DNA of 64,000 nt from Trichoplax adhaerens (lineage: Eukaryota; Animalia; Placozoa), in assembly GCF_000150275.1 (NCBI RefSeq), contig NW_002060949.1, positions 3,788,449-3,852,448 of the forward strand, read 5' to 3'. This document shows positions 1 through 14,483 of this stretch, in pieces. Each line of letters begins with the position of its first letter. Within the stretch, counting starts at the first letter, position 1. Below the pieces are notes generated by a model. It made no database searches. It had not been told where the DNA came from and was given only the letters and a program-made list of their open reading frames with translations. Made by a program: the position numbers and the translations under genes.

Positions 1-3
1 TAG

Positions 4-571
4 GCTGCAGCAAGAGTAATTTTGTCTTGTATGGCAGTGGCTACATCAGCTACAGCATTTGCTCTTCACCTATATGGAACAAGAACGAAGATTTCTGTTT
101 ATCTTAGCGCTTTTCTAGCTGTAGGCTTTGTTTGCAGTATGACTAAAACCTCCATTGTAAGTTACGATTGTTGCCGGACTTTGACAACCGAGGTAAAAAG
201 TGTTGACGAATTTCATTTTAAGTTACTATTTTAATTCAGCTGTATTATAAACGCAATATAAATTTATGGTCACTTTCATTCTCGTTCAACATATAAACAT
301 AAAATTTTTCCTTTTGTGACTGTAGGAAGTAAACCGAACTACAGTAGCTCCAGCAGTGAATTATCCTTATTTACAAGTTCCTGTCTTCGTTGAGCCTGTT
401 CCACGATATAGTAATAATACCATCCCTCTTCAAAATCTTCGCTCTCATCATAACGAAAATCCAATTATCGTTAGTTATCCGCAAAGTCATCAATTTCCGA
501 TGTCGCAAACCTATAGCAATAATCCATCGGCTTTCGTTACTTACAAGCCAGCTAATAAAGTGGAAGCTTGA
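4..571 (+). CDS. G1: 3' part (last two exons) of a small multi-pass membrane protein, probable divergent member of the tetraspan cluster; 5' end outside window
   Basis: Exon 4-156 (TAG acceptor 1-3, GTAAGT donor 157) = AAARVILSCMAVATSATAFALHLYGTRTKISVYLSAFLAVGFVCSMTKTSI, two hydrophobic helices. Phase-0 intron, then exon 326-571 (TGTAG acceptor) = P/Y/Q/N-rich tail EVNRTTVAPAVNYPYLQVP...KVEA*. AATAAA at 721. No canonical PPxY, and this exon is shorter (153 nt) than exon 3 of the other loci. Confidence 0.7.
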
Positions 572-2141
572 GCACACGATAGGAGTAAATATTAACAGTT
601 TGTAGAGCAGTTATTAGCAGCAGGGATAAATTTAACGATTCAACAAGACCGAGACAGTAGAATGGTTACTCTTTAATATGACTGGCATATGATTTTTCTA
701 CACTATAAGCCTACCGTATCAATAAATACTTATTTCTTTCTTAGATCAGTCAAATATGCAGCGTACAAACGCTACTGATTACTATATCTCACTTGGTCGC
801 CCATAAAAATAATACTAGACGCACTTCTACTTTGCTTCTTGCTTTAACAGCATTGCATACATATCAATTCAAAAATCATGAAATAGAATAGAACAACTTC
901 TAAAACCTAATCAACAGGGATATTTTCGGTATCAACGATAGCATCAGGTATAATATCTGTATGCTGTATGTATATACATAAAAACATAGTTATCACCTTA
1001 CTATTTCTCCTTAATAAAAACCTACTATACCTGTTCTTTATATATAGCAATATGAATTTATTTCAGAAGATTATAATAAGTTTTTACCGTTTTAAAATGT
1101 AAATACATAAAAATAGTAATAGAATTAACTTTAATTTAAGGTTTAAACTTAACCAGATTAAGATTAAAATAATAAGAAGCAGAGTATTAGATGAATTTTG
1201 TTACTTTCCGTTCTTCAATCGATACTCAGTTTAGATAGTACGTAATACATTTAATACTATAGCAGCTAAAAATTAACAATTTCGACGTTTTGATTTCTTC
1301 TAATTATAAATCAGAGCCTCAGAAGGAGCTTTTTCTAACTGTTATTGCCAATGCCAATTGATTATCTTAATTTGATCTGTTCATATCGAGGCCATTAACA
1401 CGTTTCATACTTCATCTCACTAATTAGTTGGTTTATGGCCGATCTTGATTTAATTTTTCTCACATTGTGACGATGCATTTTTAGTTATTATGATGAATTT
1501 CAAAACTATAAATATAAATTCTAACTCTATTAAACAGTTGATCTGTATACGGATGCCCAATAAAATTTTTAAAACGTTGCGAACAGGCTAATGGCCAAAG
1601 CTGTTATCATACTGTGTAAATCTATAGACTGCAGTAATTTTGCTTTCAATTATTACGTTCGTTCAATTACTATTCTACTCAACGGACTGAAATTCGTTAA
1701 AATATCGAACGAAAAATGAAGTAATAGTTAAGGTATTAGTACATACAGTGCTTTACATCGAAAAATTTCGTCATTCTCTATTTTTTAAAAGCTATTAACG
1801 AGATATTATGGAAGCTTTCTACTTACAGTACTATTATTGTAAAATTTTAATAAACAGCCGTTTATGATACTCCCAGTAATGAATCAAGATGATTATCATT
1901 ATCTGTACTTCAACAAGTAATAGTGGCTGGTTGAATTCGCACATTTTAAGTATGTATTGATATAAAAATAAATTGTTTTACCGTTTATATTTGTATTTGC
2001 AGTACTTATACTACTAGTACATGTATATAAAGAATAATTTTCAAAATTCTATCGATTCACCTTTGCAATCGATCTATAATAATTTATTACCGACGTGACT
2101 TTAAATCTTTGATCATTTCCATATCTACTACGTAAAATAAG

Positions 2142-2191
2142 NNNNNNNNNNNNNNNNNNNNNNNNNNNNNNNNNNNNNNNNNNNNNNNNNN
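2142..2191. other. Assembly gap (50 N); others at 14434-14483, 16001-16050, 31420-31469, 47199-47248
   Basis: Fixed-length N runs. Confidence 1.
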
Positions 2192-5100
2192 GAAATTATC
2201 ACTTATAGACGACATCAAATATAGCATGAAATTCTACTCAAATAGCACCCAAACATTGGTGCAATAACTATTGATAACGTTAAAGTCATAAAATCAAGGA
2301 TAAATTGATAGTATTAAGGACGTGGATGTTATTTAGATATTACTAGACTAGTCATCTAATAAACATGCATGCCGTATAGTTGCATTTCTTTCCGGATATT
2401 AGCCAAGGCTTATTCATTTTGCAAGCGTCAATATTAAAAATTTCAGGCTATAAAGCATTAATTCCCTCCGTTTTCCGCTCGATTATAGAAGAGAACACAT
2501 GGAATGTAAACTGTACCTGCACTACGCATATTGAATTAAAGCACCGCTGATTTGTAATAGGAGTATGCGTAATTATTGGTGATGCTAACTTCAAAACATC
2601 CGACAATTAAAATTTTTATCTATTAAATTAAAAACTAACCATATTCTCATCACCAAATAGGCCAAAGAATCTATGATCATATGATTTTAAACAAAATGTA
2701 GTATTCACTTCTGCTAATGAAGCCACTCTTGAAACTAATATGTGTAATTTCTTTAGATATTGGTATGTTTCTAAACAATACTACCAGAAGACATATTGCC
2801 TATTCAAAGGCATCACTTCTAACCTTAAGAGTTATCGACTGTAGTCACTACGTATTTACGAATACCTTAAAGTATTATTTCGCCAGCTCGAAATTGTAAA
2901 GCCCTTTAACTATTGTTTTAAAAATATTATCGTTTAAAGGAGTAATAACTCGAAATTAATATAACAGGAAATTCAATTTCTAGGAAATTTCAATTGATTA
3001 CTTGAGTTGCTTCTCCAATCAAGGCGAAAGACATGAATTATTTCTAATGTCTTGTATAAACATAATTCAAACAGAATTTTATTATTCGGTTTACAAGATT
3101 TATCTTTTTTTGGATTATATTCCATTTCCATATCTACATATTATACCTTATATATTTTAGAATAGAGTGATTCATATCTAAAATAGCAAAATTAGCTATC
3201 AGTGATAGTTGTATCGAATTATAATCATAACTATTGCAAAAGGTTAAAGCTCCTATAGTTTTAAGTCCTAAAAGTAAATACGTCTTATACAGTACGCGCT
3301 ATTTGTAAACGTATATGAACAGTAATCACTATTAGGAGACTTAATAAATTTTTTTCGAGTTAGTCCATGATATTGGCCTACTTTCGTCATATTTCACTTT
3401 GTAATACGTCATTTTTTTATATATAAGCCCATGAACATATCATGAATGAGATGTCTCAATTGACTTTAGCAGTATGAAAATCTAACATAGGGAGTATGTT
3501 GGTTGTAGTACTTTGGGTAGCGTAGCATTCAATAGATATTGGAGATATGAAGAATTGGTTATTCTCCTTTATTCACCATGTTTTCACACTATTACGTTCA
3601 TAACACGCGATGCGGTAAAGCATAAAGTCTCGTAGCTTAGTCTATAGTGTCGATAATTAATTAATATCATCGTATTTTGCATAGATAAGTAATGATATTT
3701 TATAGCGTAAACGGACTAGTATTGTATGATAACAAAATACTACAGTACATTAGCAGTATGTGTAATAATAAAAATATAAAATAAATGGCTACCGTGACAT
3801 GTAGCTATAGCATAAATGATTCGCTTTAAAAGGGGTTTCCTTATAGAAAATAATTCATAATATCATAAAGTTATAAAGTAATAAGTGTCTTATTCTGATT
3901 ACGTATTTCTGCACATAATACTCATTCAAATTAATTAACACTCTATATTCCCTCATATCATAATCTAACATTTCGAATTTAAAAGTATTAAATATCGTAA
4001 TAAAAGAAATCTATCATTTGGTCATCCATTATAAAATATGGACAATTTCCTCTGATAAAAATATACTTTCCCTTACTCCGATTCAATCAATGTAGAATTT
4101 TTTTCTCTTCCGTCGATGGCTTATTCTAACCAGAATAAATTGATAGGAATAAGTAAATGGACTACGATGATTAGCAAGCATGATCGTTGAAAAATCAAAC
4201 GTCAGCGGCCACTACTCATTTAAAATTTAGCCTGGACATATAGACAGCGACAGAGACATTCAATGATTTTGTTTAATTAGTACTATTGAAATTAATATCG
4301 ACAGCTGTTAATGGATACTGTATATCCTTTTAATACAGTATCGATGTTATCAAACAATAGCCGCTACAAATTTCTTTTAAAAATAGTACTATTCTAATCC
4401 TCTGGCTTGTTGAATGAATAATTTATCAATATAATTTGCAACGCCAAATTGATGAAGAAAGCTAAACTAGCTATCGGTTTTAATCCATTAATAATAGATT
4501 AAGTATAATTGACACTAGTTATCAAAATATTATGACTAGACAATTAAAGTACCACCAGACTCTTTCTTTATTACCAGGTATGATTGACTTTGACATCGAT
4601 AATTGAACCGCGGTAAAAAGACTTATTCATCCAATTATGATAATAGTTGTTACAAGAGAAATGCGTTCTATCGCATTAAATTGATAAACTGATGATGCAG
4701 GCATTAGAGTTTTAAGTATAGATTTTTTAGCACCTAGAATGGGATAAATTTTGTTCAATTTTATGCTTGGCCTAAATTTCAATCATTGACTTTAAATTTG
4801 GCTGCCTGCCATGAGCAAGTTGTATCTAGTAATGGCATAGTATGTCATTCTTGGATTTTTATCAACCGTTTATGGTATATTTCCGCTTAGCAATTTGAAT
4901 ATCTGTTCTTTAAAGGGAAATAAGGATAATTTTCAGTTGCTAATCTTGCATTATTTTAATATGACGATATTATCCATTAGAATAAAACGTCTATTCAATA
5001 GTTACTGTATGCCTATATTATCCATTTGAAGATAATAGACGTGACGTGTAAAAGTTTGGAGTATTTACCAGAAATGAAGACTAAACGTTGCTATTTATAT

Positions 5101-6272
5101 TCTACTAGCTAATGGACTTTTGAATGCTATCATTGAGTTATTATTTGAACAGTTGTAGAATAAGTATACTTGCAATCGATCGAAATTTATCGACATAAAG
5201 AACGACAAATTTTGACATACGGATTGAAAGGACTTTTTAATGGATAACAATAAGGCTATATTTGATCAGTTGCTGAGGAATTCAAATTGATTTATTATGA
5301 TACATCAAAAGTAGTGTAGCAAAATAGGATACTTGAGTGGTTATTTACAAAGTTTCTTCTTCCTGTTGACAAGATAAAATGTAATAGCTAATCGACGTAT
5401 GTCTTGCCATTACAATGATATATTACAGTTATTACTTTAGTGAAGTTAGATTGTTCAATTCCTCTAAGGCTTACTCATGGTATAAGGTTATCGCTGCTTG
5501 ATTGTTGATGATCGATATTTAACGGGTAGATTTACTACTGATTGTAGAAATACACTTGCAAATATATCTTGTAGATCATAGCTCGCTGCATTGCCTTCCA
5601 TTTGCTTCCATATTATCAATAACATTAATTGATTCCACTACCTTAGCTGAGAGTTAAAACAACAGTCGGATTGACTAATGATGGCCGAGGTAAAAATAGA
5701 AAAGAACCTTCAAGTGATTAGTTATTGCTTAATTCAACAAATTAAGGGAAAATTTACTTTGCAGAATTTCCATAACAATCGATCAAGTTAACTAGCGTGG
5801 TCAATCAACAATAGATTATGTTGACATCTTGCATAATTTTGATATCTATGTCGCCATATTACTGGCTTAGATGTCGTCATTTGCTAGCTGATTTGATCAG
5901 GGCTATAATAAGAATGAACTAACAACAGTGGTTTTATTCGTATTAAAAAAGGAATCATTATACAATCATTTAATTATCTGTAAGTAGTAGAGTTAGTGAA
6001 TTGATTAAAATATTGAGTTGTTGATGGGAAAAAGAAGACGAAAAACCACAGTTTGGGCAGTTGACCTAAATGTATGCAGAGTGATGAGCCGATAGAGAGA
6101 AAACGTGCTGAGATTATTTCGATGACCAAGGAAGCTTTTTTACATCATTTTAAAGGATAGACGGGAAAAATATAGTAATACCATTTTTTTTTGTCATTGG
6201 TGTTAGCAATTTTACCCTTTTCAAGACGTAAAAGCTTGCTATCACTCTAAAGTGCTGTTGGCAGGGAATGCC

Positions 6273-9259
6273 ATGGAACTCCATGCTAAGCGAAGACTTG
6301 ATCGTAATTTAGGCCAACTTATCCGTTATTCCATCATTCAACTTATATGTGGCATTGCTTGCCTTAGTTGTGCTATCGTTAACTTTGTATTAAATCCACA
6401 GAGTGCACCAAGTTATCAATTGATTTTGCAATGTGTCTCGGCCGGAGTGGTAAGTATTCTTGTAATGTATAGCCAATTCTTCGTAACTAGCTGGTATACT
6501 ATGCATCAACGTATGAAAAACGATAATGGCGATAAAAGCCTTATTTTTGCCCGTAATAGAAAAAAAGTTCAATTATTTTCAATCTCAGACATCATTTTTG
6601 TTAATGATGCCATTGTAAAGGGAAAAAAGTAACAATTTTTCTTATGGATCAATCTTTGAAGCTGCCAATAGCTATTTTATTATTACTTTACATATCTTTT
6701 ACTTGATACCTTTTCTTCTCACTAGTGAATTTTATTGTTATTGGCGACAATGTCCTTCGATAAGTATCTACGGCTATAACGTAAGCGGGTTCAGCATTGA
6801 GGATTAGATATTAATCCCATTGTAATTTAGGTCAATTCTTTTTTTTCCATTCTCATTTTATTTCACTGTACTATCGAGGAATGGCTCTTCCTTTACTATT
6901 TTTCTATTTCTATGATTAGTAAGACAGGACTAAGTGTTAACGGTCATGATGCCGCCATATCGCCTGTTAAATAGCGTATCGTAGTCTGCCTGGTTGTTCT
7001 GTAAATTCGAGCGCCTGGGGGTTTATTTCATTGTTAAATGCTACAATTTTTGAAATTTCCTTCCCAACTTTGATGCCTTTTTATTCTAAAAAATTCTTTA
7101 TTACGATAATAGCCTGTAGCGTATCCTATTTTACGTTAGTTTAATCTAGTGAAATGACTAAAAGAACCAAATTATCAATCACCAAAATAATGCCGTTATC
7201 CTTTGAGAAAATATCCTTCTTTTCAATCATGGGTATGAGTACTCGCCGACGAAATCTAGAAGGGTTAACGTAGAAAGTATTCCTATTGTAAATTAAATCG
7301 ATATAACCACTCTAGATTTAGGCAGGAATAACATTCTTTCCTATATTTTATGCTGTTAGAGTGATTGACGTTCGAGATTTTGCTGGGATTGTGATATCAA
7401 AGCAAGTATTTATATTCCTTTCGCACTATCATCGACCGTAAGCAGATTATTCTTTCTTTTTCGTGATCAAGTGGTCGAGGATTGATGTTAACAACAACAA
7501 TAACCGATTCAGCAACTACGATATCGAATAGAAAATATATCTCGTTGTAGCGAGGGAAATTTTCTGTTTTACAGCGCTAGCCAATTTGTCTACCTTTGAT
7601 TAAGCAAGGGAAACGCAAATAGGATAATACTAAAAAAATCAATAGTAGATTTACAGTCAAAACAAGTCGGTTCATTTTACTTTTATACGACAATCAATTG
7701 ACAATGCATGTGTGTCCTCGATATTAATTACATTAATCTTGTTAGTGATGTTTTTATTCAGATAAATTTACTTCTGGGTTGAAAGTTGTTTAAAAATTCC
7801 AGCCCTTCGTTCTTATTTTTCTATAGGCATTGATTTGCATGCCTATTTACAATAACTAACATCGATCACCGTCGCTTACCATTTTCAACAAGGAAGTTAA
7901 TTAGGACTCATTCTTTGTTTGCTATTTTTTAATCTGTGTATAATCTAATTAAATCGTACATCGTTGATGAAACACTCTTGCATATGCTTCTGACGTGTGT
8001 ATCCTTACCCCTCTACCAGTAATTTGTTGAAGCAAGTTACAGCCATCTCTTGAGAAGCATCATATAAATATATGTTGAATTTTTAGTTGGAATATCGCTA
8101 GATTTAAGTACTTTAGCAACGTATAAAAAAATAATTTATCTGGTTTGACTTGAATTCAATAATATGAAAAATTTCGTTTTCATAACGATTAATAGTTAAG
8201 CGTTTCTGCTGCCATGATATTTGGAGGCTTGTATAAGAGAAGATTTATTCCGTGGATTGCGTATAGGGTAAGAATGTAGATTATGTAGAGAGAAATCAAG
8301 TTACACAATTGATTTCAGTCAAAGACTAGCTTTTAAATTTATTGTCGCCTAGTCTAGAGTAGAACTCCTGTAAAGGAGCTTGCTGCAATAAATTCAGAAT
8401 AAAGTAATAGATTTAATAAAATGATAGAATTGGAAGCATCGATAAGGAGCAACTGGTACAGAATCATTAACACACTGTTAAAATACGACTTAGCCATAAC
8501 TTGGTTTTACCTCTATGGTTGATGGAAAGACGAAGTTACTCTACTCTAACTACAGTGTAAACGTTTGTGTGAAAAGTAAAAGGATGGATATGATATGAAA
8601 TGGCTTTACCGCTACAATTTTGATCAGTTCTTATGTAGCTATTACTGAAATAGGCTATAATAGTATAAGAGACATAAAATATCTGACTAGTGTTACTAAT
8701 TAGCTGCAGCATCCAATTTAATCCATCAGTTTTCAACATTGACCAAGTCTTGCTTGCATTGTAGCTGAAAATAAAGATTTCTTTCGTAATTTTTCCAAGA
8801 GATCATTTATGATCGCAAAGGCTAATTAGCTACTCTTGGTAATATTGTAAAATAAAATTAATGAATTGACGTATTCATTTGCATTAATTCCTTCCTTTAG
8901 CCGTTAACATTTCAAATTTTGAATACTGGACTTAATATCCCACTGTGGATGACCGTAGTTATATCAGCATGGAATTATCCATACCTGTATAATCAATCGT
9001 CAAGATACGCTAATGGAGTATACTTGGGTATCGCTTTCTGCAGTGTTGTTTTATATGGATTAATTACTGGTACACTTAGGCTGAACATGGACGCTTTGAA
9101 GGTAAGCTGGACTAGAACTAATTAGTGTGTAGCAGCGAATCTTGATAGACGAATATCATGGTTAAAACATCATGGAATCATAGTTAAATGATTATTTTTT
9201 CTTTTGGACAGTGTCTAGTGTACTACCTATTATTTCTCTACGATACTAATACAAGTTAG
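6273..9259 (+). CDS. G2: tetraspan-family member, possibly decaying (exon 2 unresolved, very short tail)
   Basis: Exon1 6273-6449 (GCCATGG start, MELHAKRRLDRNLGQLIRYSIIQLICGIACLSCAIVNFVLNPQSAPSYQLILQCVSAGV, GTAAGT). Exon3 8901-9101 (201 nt, PLTFQILNTGLNIPLWMTVVISAWNY...LNMDALK, GTAAGC). Candidate exon4 9212-9259 (CLVYYLLFLYDTNTS*). Best exon-2 candidate 7827-7895 has an in-frame TAA at 7857. Confidence 0.55.
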
Positions 9260-10924
9260 CCTATACCTAGTGGATACTACATGAAAGTATTTATGACCTA
9301 ATCACTTCTCTAAATATAAAACTAGGCAAGCATAGAAGAGTCGAAACCAGTAAATGAGAATGGAACGAAAGAAAGAAGTAGTAGAAGTTCTTATTACGAT
9401 TCCAGTGTTTGATTCAAGCTTTGTTAACGTGTGAATAATTTTTGATAGAGATTAGCTGGCTTCTACCGAAACTTCAATTTTAACTAGTATGAAAATTACA
9501 ATTTGTTACCGCAATAATTACCAAAAAGTTTGGACTACCTTAATGTACAGCAACTGCAATGCTATATTAGACATTTCATTTGTACTTAGTATGTATCGAA
9601 ATATTATCAAATTTACAGACTCTATACCTCCTAATAAGTAATCTGAGCCTAGATGATTCCGTTCAATTTTGTATTATATACTATCAAGATACGAGAGCAT
9701 GGAAATGCAATGTATGCAATTATATGCTTTATTTTATTCCTTTCGACGTTCACGCTGAAATAAGTTTAGCTAATTGGAATTTTAATTTTTGATACCGATA
9801 AAAGTTGTGTAATCAAGGTATTTGTTACTATAAGTATTTCAAATGCAATTATACTTGCTTCAATGAAATATATCAAGTTGTAATCCAGATTTATAGTTAA
9901 CCATATTGTCATTTTTTTTATCCTCCTAAGCTACTGTATCTACAATTTCATTTTCGATGGTTCTGTAGTTGTATATTGGCATATATTTTTACGCCATGAT
10001 GGATACAAGATATTATACTCTATGAAATCGCCCATGAACTATTCGCATTTGTCATCGTAGAATGATCACTTTGACCTTTGTGATAGGCCATCAAGGCTTT
10101 GGTTAATGAATTCATTCCAAGTGTTTTCAATTTTGCCGGTATTAAACTATTTGCGTTCAATAGCTATCCATTATGAAGAGAAAATAAAAGTATTATACAT
10201 ATGAAGCATATTGACCTTTAGGCAATCAAAATGGTTACACTACTTGCACTATGCCTATTCATCATTCTTTATTTATTTCTTTCACATTGGATTTTACTAT
10301 TTGAGTTTATACGTACTTACTGACGTAATATCCAATGTCTGCCTTGGTCTAAGCTAATCGTAGTGAGATATTAAAAGTCTGATAGTATAGGCAACAAATT
10401 AGTATCAATGACCACCTCCGGAGACTTACAGTGGAAAACATAATTTCATAATGCTCTTATTCCAACGGCTATATGTCTGATACATTGGGCTCGTTTTTTT
10501 CAGGTATTTACTTCCATGTATTACTGCAATTATCAGTTTATACAGTCATATACAACATGGGGTTGGAGACATTTGTATTTAAAATTTTATTTGCTTCAAC
10601 ACCATTTATAAATAGATTCAAATTCAGAGATTAGCAGAAACCAAGAACCAGTTAAGGATACATTTTTAGACGGAAGCATTGTGATACAACACTGTCAGAA
10701 ATTGAAGATATCAATAATTGGTTTAAATTATGTAGTATCATATAAATACTTACTTCCTTAGACTTGCTATGTCAGCAGTAAGAGTAGGACTATGTACAGT
10801 ATTGTACTAATAAATTCATTTTAGAAGCATTAAGATATGCGGATGGAAGGTTCAATTTAGTCATACAAATACAAAATACCTTTAGTTTAGCCATTGCTAA
10901 AGCCCCTCCAAAACAAGTATAAAA

Positions 10925-11632
10925 GTAGGTAAAACACAACAGTTACAGGACAAGGATTAGTAGCTGATTGAAGGCAGTCACCATCCTCAGACAAATTTCT
11001 TTTAGCGACATCTGAATGTCAGTATAAATATTACACTGCATCAACGTTAGCAATAGCATGCACGATGTTTTTAATAGTTAGAGCATAAACACAACAGCTA
11101 CAGGACAAGGATTACTAGTTAACTTGAGGCAGTACCATCCTCAGATAAATTTCTTGAACGAATCTGAATGTCAATATAAATATTACATTGCATCGACATT
11201 AGCTACAGCATGTACTCCTATGTTATAATAGTTAGAGCATAAGCACAAAAGTTACAGGACAAGGATTACTAGTTAACTTGAGGCAGTAACCATCCTCGGG
11301 CAAATTTCTTTTAAAGACATCTGGATGTCAACATGAATGTTGCATTGCATCCATGTTAGCTACAGCATGTACTCTTATGTTTTGATATTTAGAGCATAAA
11401 CGAGTTAGAATGGAGCTTTATGGTCGAATCAACGTAGGTAAAATACAACAGTTACAGGACAAGGATTACTAGTTGAATTGAGGCAGTAACCATCCTCAGA
11501 CCCATTTTTTTTAGCGACATGTGGTTGTCCATATAAATGTGATACTGCACTGCATCCACGTTAGCTACAGCATGTACTCTCGTGTTACAATATTTAGAGC
11601 ATAAACGAGTTAGAATGGAGCTTTATGGTCAA
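10925..11632. repeat. Tandem repeat, 4 diverged units of ~155-200 bp, directly 3' of the G3 stop codon
   Basis: Motif CAGGACAAGGATTA recurs at 10946, 11101, 11255, 11455 with alignable sequence between. Confidence 0.9.
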
Positions 11633-11639
11633 ATGATTA

Positions 11640-14409
11640 TTATCTGACTAAGGCGATGCTAGTATAGTCTGGTGGGGCTGATGCGCGCTCACATTGGTGG
11701 CCATTGTTGACATCATTATATGAAGGTGGCGAAACCCTGCGAAATTGATGATTCCTTATTCTTGCATGCTCGAAACGAGTCGTTGGGGATACCGTTGTTG
11801 TGGCGGCTTGGGTAGATTGTTCAATCCTGCTCATTTGATATGACGTATTTGAAGTTGAATCCTAAATAGTGTTACAATATCTGATTCAATCCAGTTTTTG
11901 ATCGAAATTATTTTATATAATTGAAGTAGGCTCCTTATTAGATATCTATTTCATTTAACAACGACATTTTCAAGTGATCCATATGTGAAACACATGGATC
12001 ACTTTATTAATTAATTATTGAATTACCGGTGCACAGTGTAATGCTTTTTGCAGTATCACATTGCTGGCCCCAACGACGATAATAGCGGCAGTAGCACTCG
12101 TTAGAAACAATATATTAGCAATAAGAAGGCCAATGAAGGATCCAGGTATCGATCTAAAATTCCACGCGGTCAAAACAAGAGCCATAGCAGGCAAAGTAAT
12201 TTGTGCAAGTAGTACTACTTGAAATCGTCTTGGCTGTAGGATATTTTAAGATAGCAAAAAAGTGAGTTTATGCAGTATACTTAATTGGTCTCTCCAAATT
12301 TCTAGTTATCACTACGTTGAGAATCATTAATATAACTAATGAATGAGCAGCAGAATTGCGTTAGCGCTGATCTATTAGATAACCTGGAAAATACTGCAGT
12401 TATTAACTCTACTAATAACATTATCTTCGCCGTAGCTGACATACCTCGTTCAAGAAGAAGCGCAAACGATTTCTTCCAGCAAAAGTAATCAGCATTTGCG
12501 TACTGATGATTACAATCTGAGCAAATATAAAAACAACACCGAAACTGATTAATATAAGCGTGTGTATTTAATTAGAAGAACATCGACAAGTGCCTTGTGA
12601 AATTGCAATACGAATGATAAAATAGACCAAGGCCTCCTAGGAGGTATATTTTAATTTGACAAGACGATCTAATTTCAACAGAAATTGTTTTCTACAAGGC
12701 AAGGGTATACGGTACAACCTACTGTGTCAAAACGCAATTGTGTACGTAAAAACAAGTAAACGGTGTCCAAAATGTGTCCGTTCAGTTGACTGTTGGTATG
12801 AATTGATGGCTTATCACATGTGGAAAATTGTTGGCCTAGTATTATTCATTGCTAACCCTTGGTGTATTTTATCCATTTAGAACGATTGCGTCCAAGAATG
12901 TTATGAAGGAGACTAGTTATCCTGCTTTTGCATAGATGAATTTGATTGAGGTATTGATTCGAAAAGAATACTGTAACGTGAAGTCAAGTAATATATCGTA
13001 GATTGATTAATATAGCTACAATTGAAACTATCTTCATTGTGATCGAGGAGTAAAGTAGGTTGGAGTTTTTACAACTACTTTATTCTGATCAAGCACTCTT
13101 AAGGCAATCAAACAGTGCTATTCAAGTAAAACCTCGACTAATTGTAATGAATCATCACGAGTTGGGATGATAATACTATAATTTGTAGTAGTCTGTGGAA
13201 AACCAATACTAGTATACCATGATAACAGAGCAGAATATATCAACATGACACCCGAACAATAACAACAAGAGGCGCTTGATCGTCAAGGTAAACCGGCAGA
13301 TGAAAGTGCTTGAGGATACGATCGATCCATGGTCAAAGTAGCAAGACTATGGTCATCCTTACGTCGACTAACACTATTTTAATAGGATTCTACCGTAGCG
13401 GTACTACAACAGGTTGATCGATCGAAGAAGAACAGTCCGTGTTGGCAGTTTTCCACGTCGTCCATTCTCTTTCCAATACAATTTCCCTAGTCAATTTAAC
13501 TACTTTATCCTGATCAAGCACTCGTACTTGTGATGAATAATCATCAATTGGGATGATAATACTATAATTTGTAGTAGTCTGTGGAAAACCAATACTAGTA
13601 TACCATGATAACAGAGTAGAATATATCAATATGACACCCAAATAACAACAACAAGAGGCGCTTGATCGTCAAGGTAAACCGACAGATGAAAGTGCTTGAG
13701 GATACGATCGATCGATGGTCATCACTATGTCGACTAGTACTATTTTAATAGGATTCTACCGTAGAGGTACTACAACAGGTTGATCGATCGAAGGAGAACA
13801 GTCCGTGTTGGCAGCTTTCTACGTCGTCCACTCTATTTCTAATTCAATTTCACTCTTGAATTCAACTACTTTATCCTGATCAAGCAAGCACTAGTACTTG
13901 TAATAAATCATCATGAGTTGGGATGATAATACTATACTAGCATACCATGATAACAGAGTAGAATATATCAATATGAAAACCGAACAACAACAACAAGAGG
14001 CGCTTGATCGTCAAGGTAAACCGACAGATGAAAATGCTTGAGGATACGATCGATCGATGGTCATCACTATGTCGACTAGTACTATTTTAATAGGATTCTA
14101 CCGTAGAGGTACTACAACAAGAGAACAGTCCGTGTTGGCAGTTTTCCACGTCGTCCATTCTATTTCCAATACAATTTCCCTCGTCAATTCAACACTACTT
14201 CTACAAGACTTGGACAACTCGACAATATTGCTTACCGCGACAGCAGCGATGTACTGGAAAGCGATCGTGTAATCAAATGTATAGGACAGAAAATCGCACA
14301 TAATCGCACATACTAAACACGTTATTCCAAGGCTTAACATTGCGATACCATATCGAATCGATTGGCGGACGCAGTAATCAAATTGGAGAGCATTGCTACC
14401 CGAATTCAT
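11640..14409 (-). CDS. G3: intact 224-aa tetraspan protein with PPSY and SAPPDY tail motifs
   Basis: Minus-strand exons 14409-14236 (MNSGSNALQFDYCVRQSIRYGIAMLSLGITCLVCAIMCDFLSYTFDYTIAFQYIAAVA), 12516-12445 (72 nt, IVIISTQMLITFAGRNRLRFFLNE), 12233-12027 (207 nt, PRRFQVVLLAQITLPAMALV...QKALHCAP), 11861-11640 (DSTSNTSYQMSR...PPSYND...SAPPDYTSIALVR*). All GT-AG, phase 0. Confidence 0.88.
13075..14190. repeat. Tandem ~345-385 bp repeat (about 3 units) inside G3 intron 1
   Basis: TCAAGGTAAACC and its flanks recur at ~13283, 13668, 14011; the duplicate locus has two units (~17023, 17365). Confidence 0.85.
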
Positions 14410-14483
14410 TGCAAAATGATGCGAAAAGTTGCANNNNNNNNNNNNNNNNNNNNNNNNNNNNNNNNNNNNNNNNNNNNNNNNNN

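Noticed and set aside
6726-6780. AG...GTAAGC-bounded segment as G2 exon 2
   Set aside because: 55 nt breaks the frame and begins with TGA in phase 0.
12656-12880. 74-aa ORF repeated at 16396-16620
   Set aside because: Antisense within G3 intron 1 and repeated only because the whole region is duplicated; TTG start.
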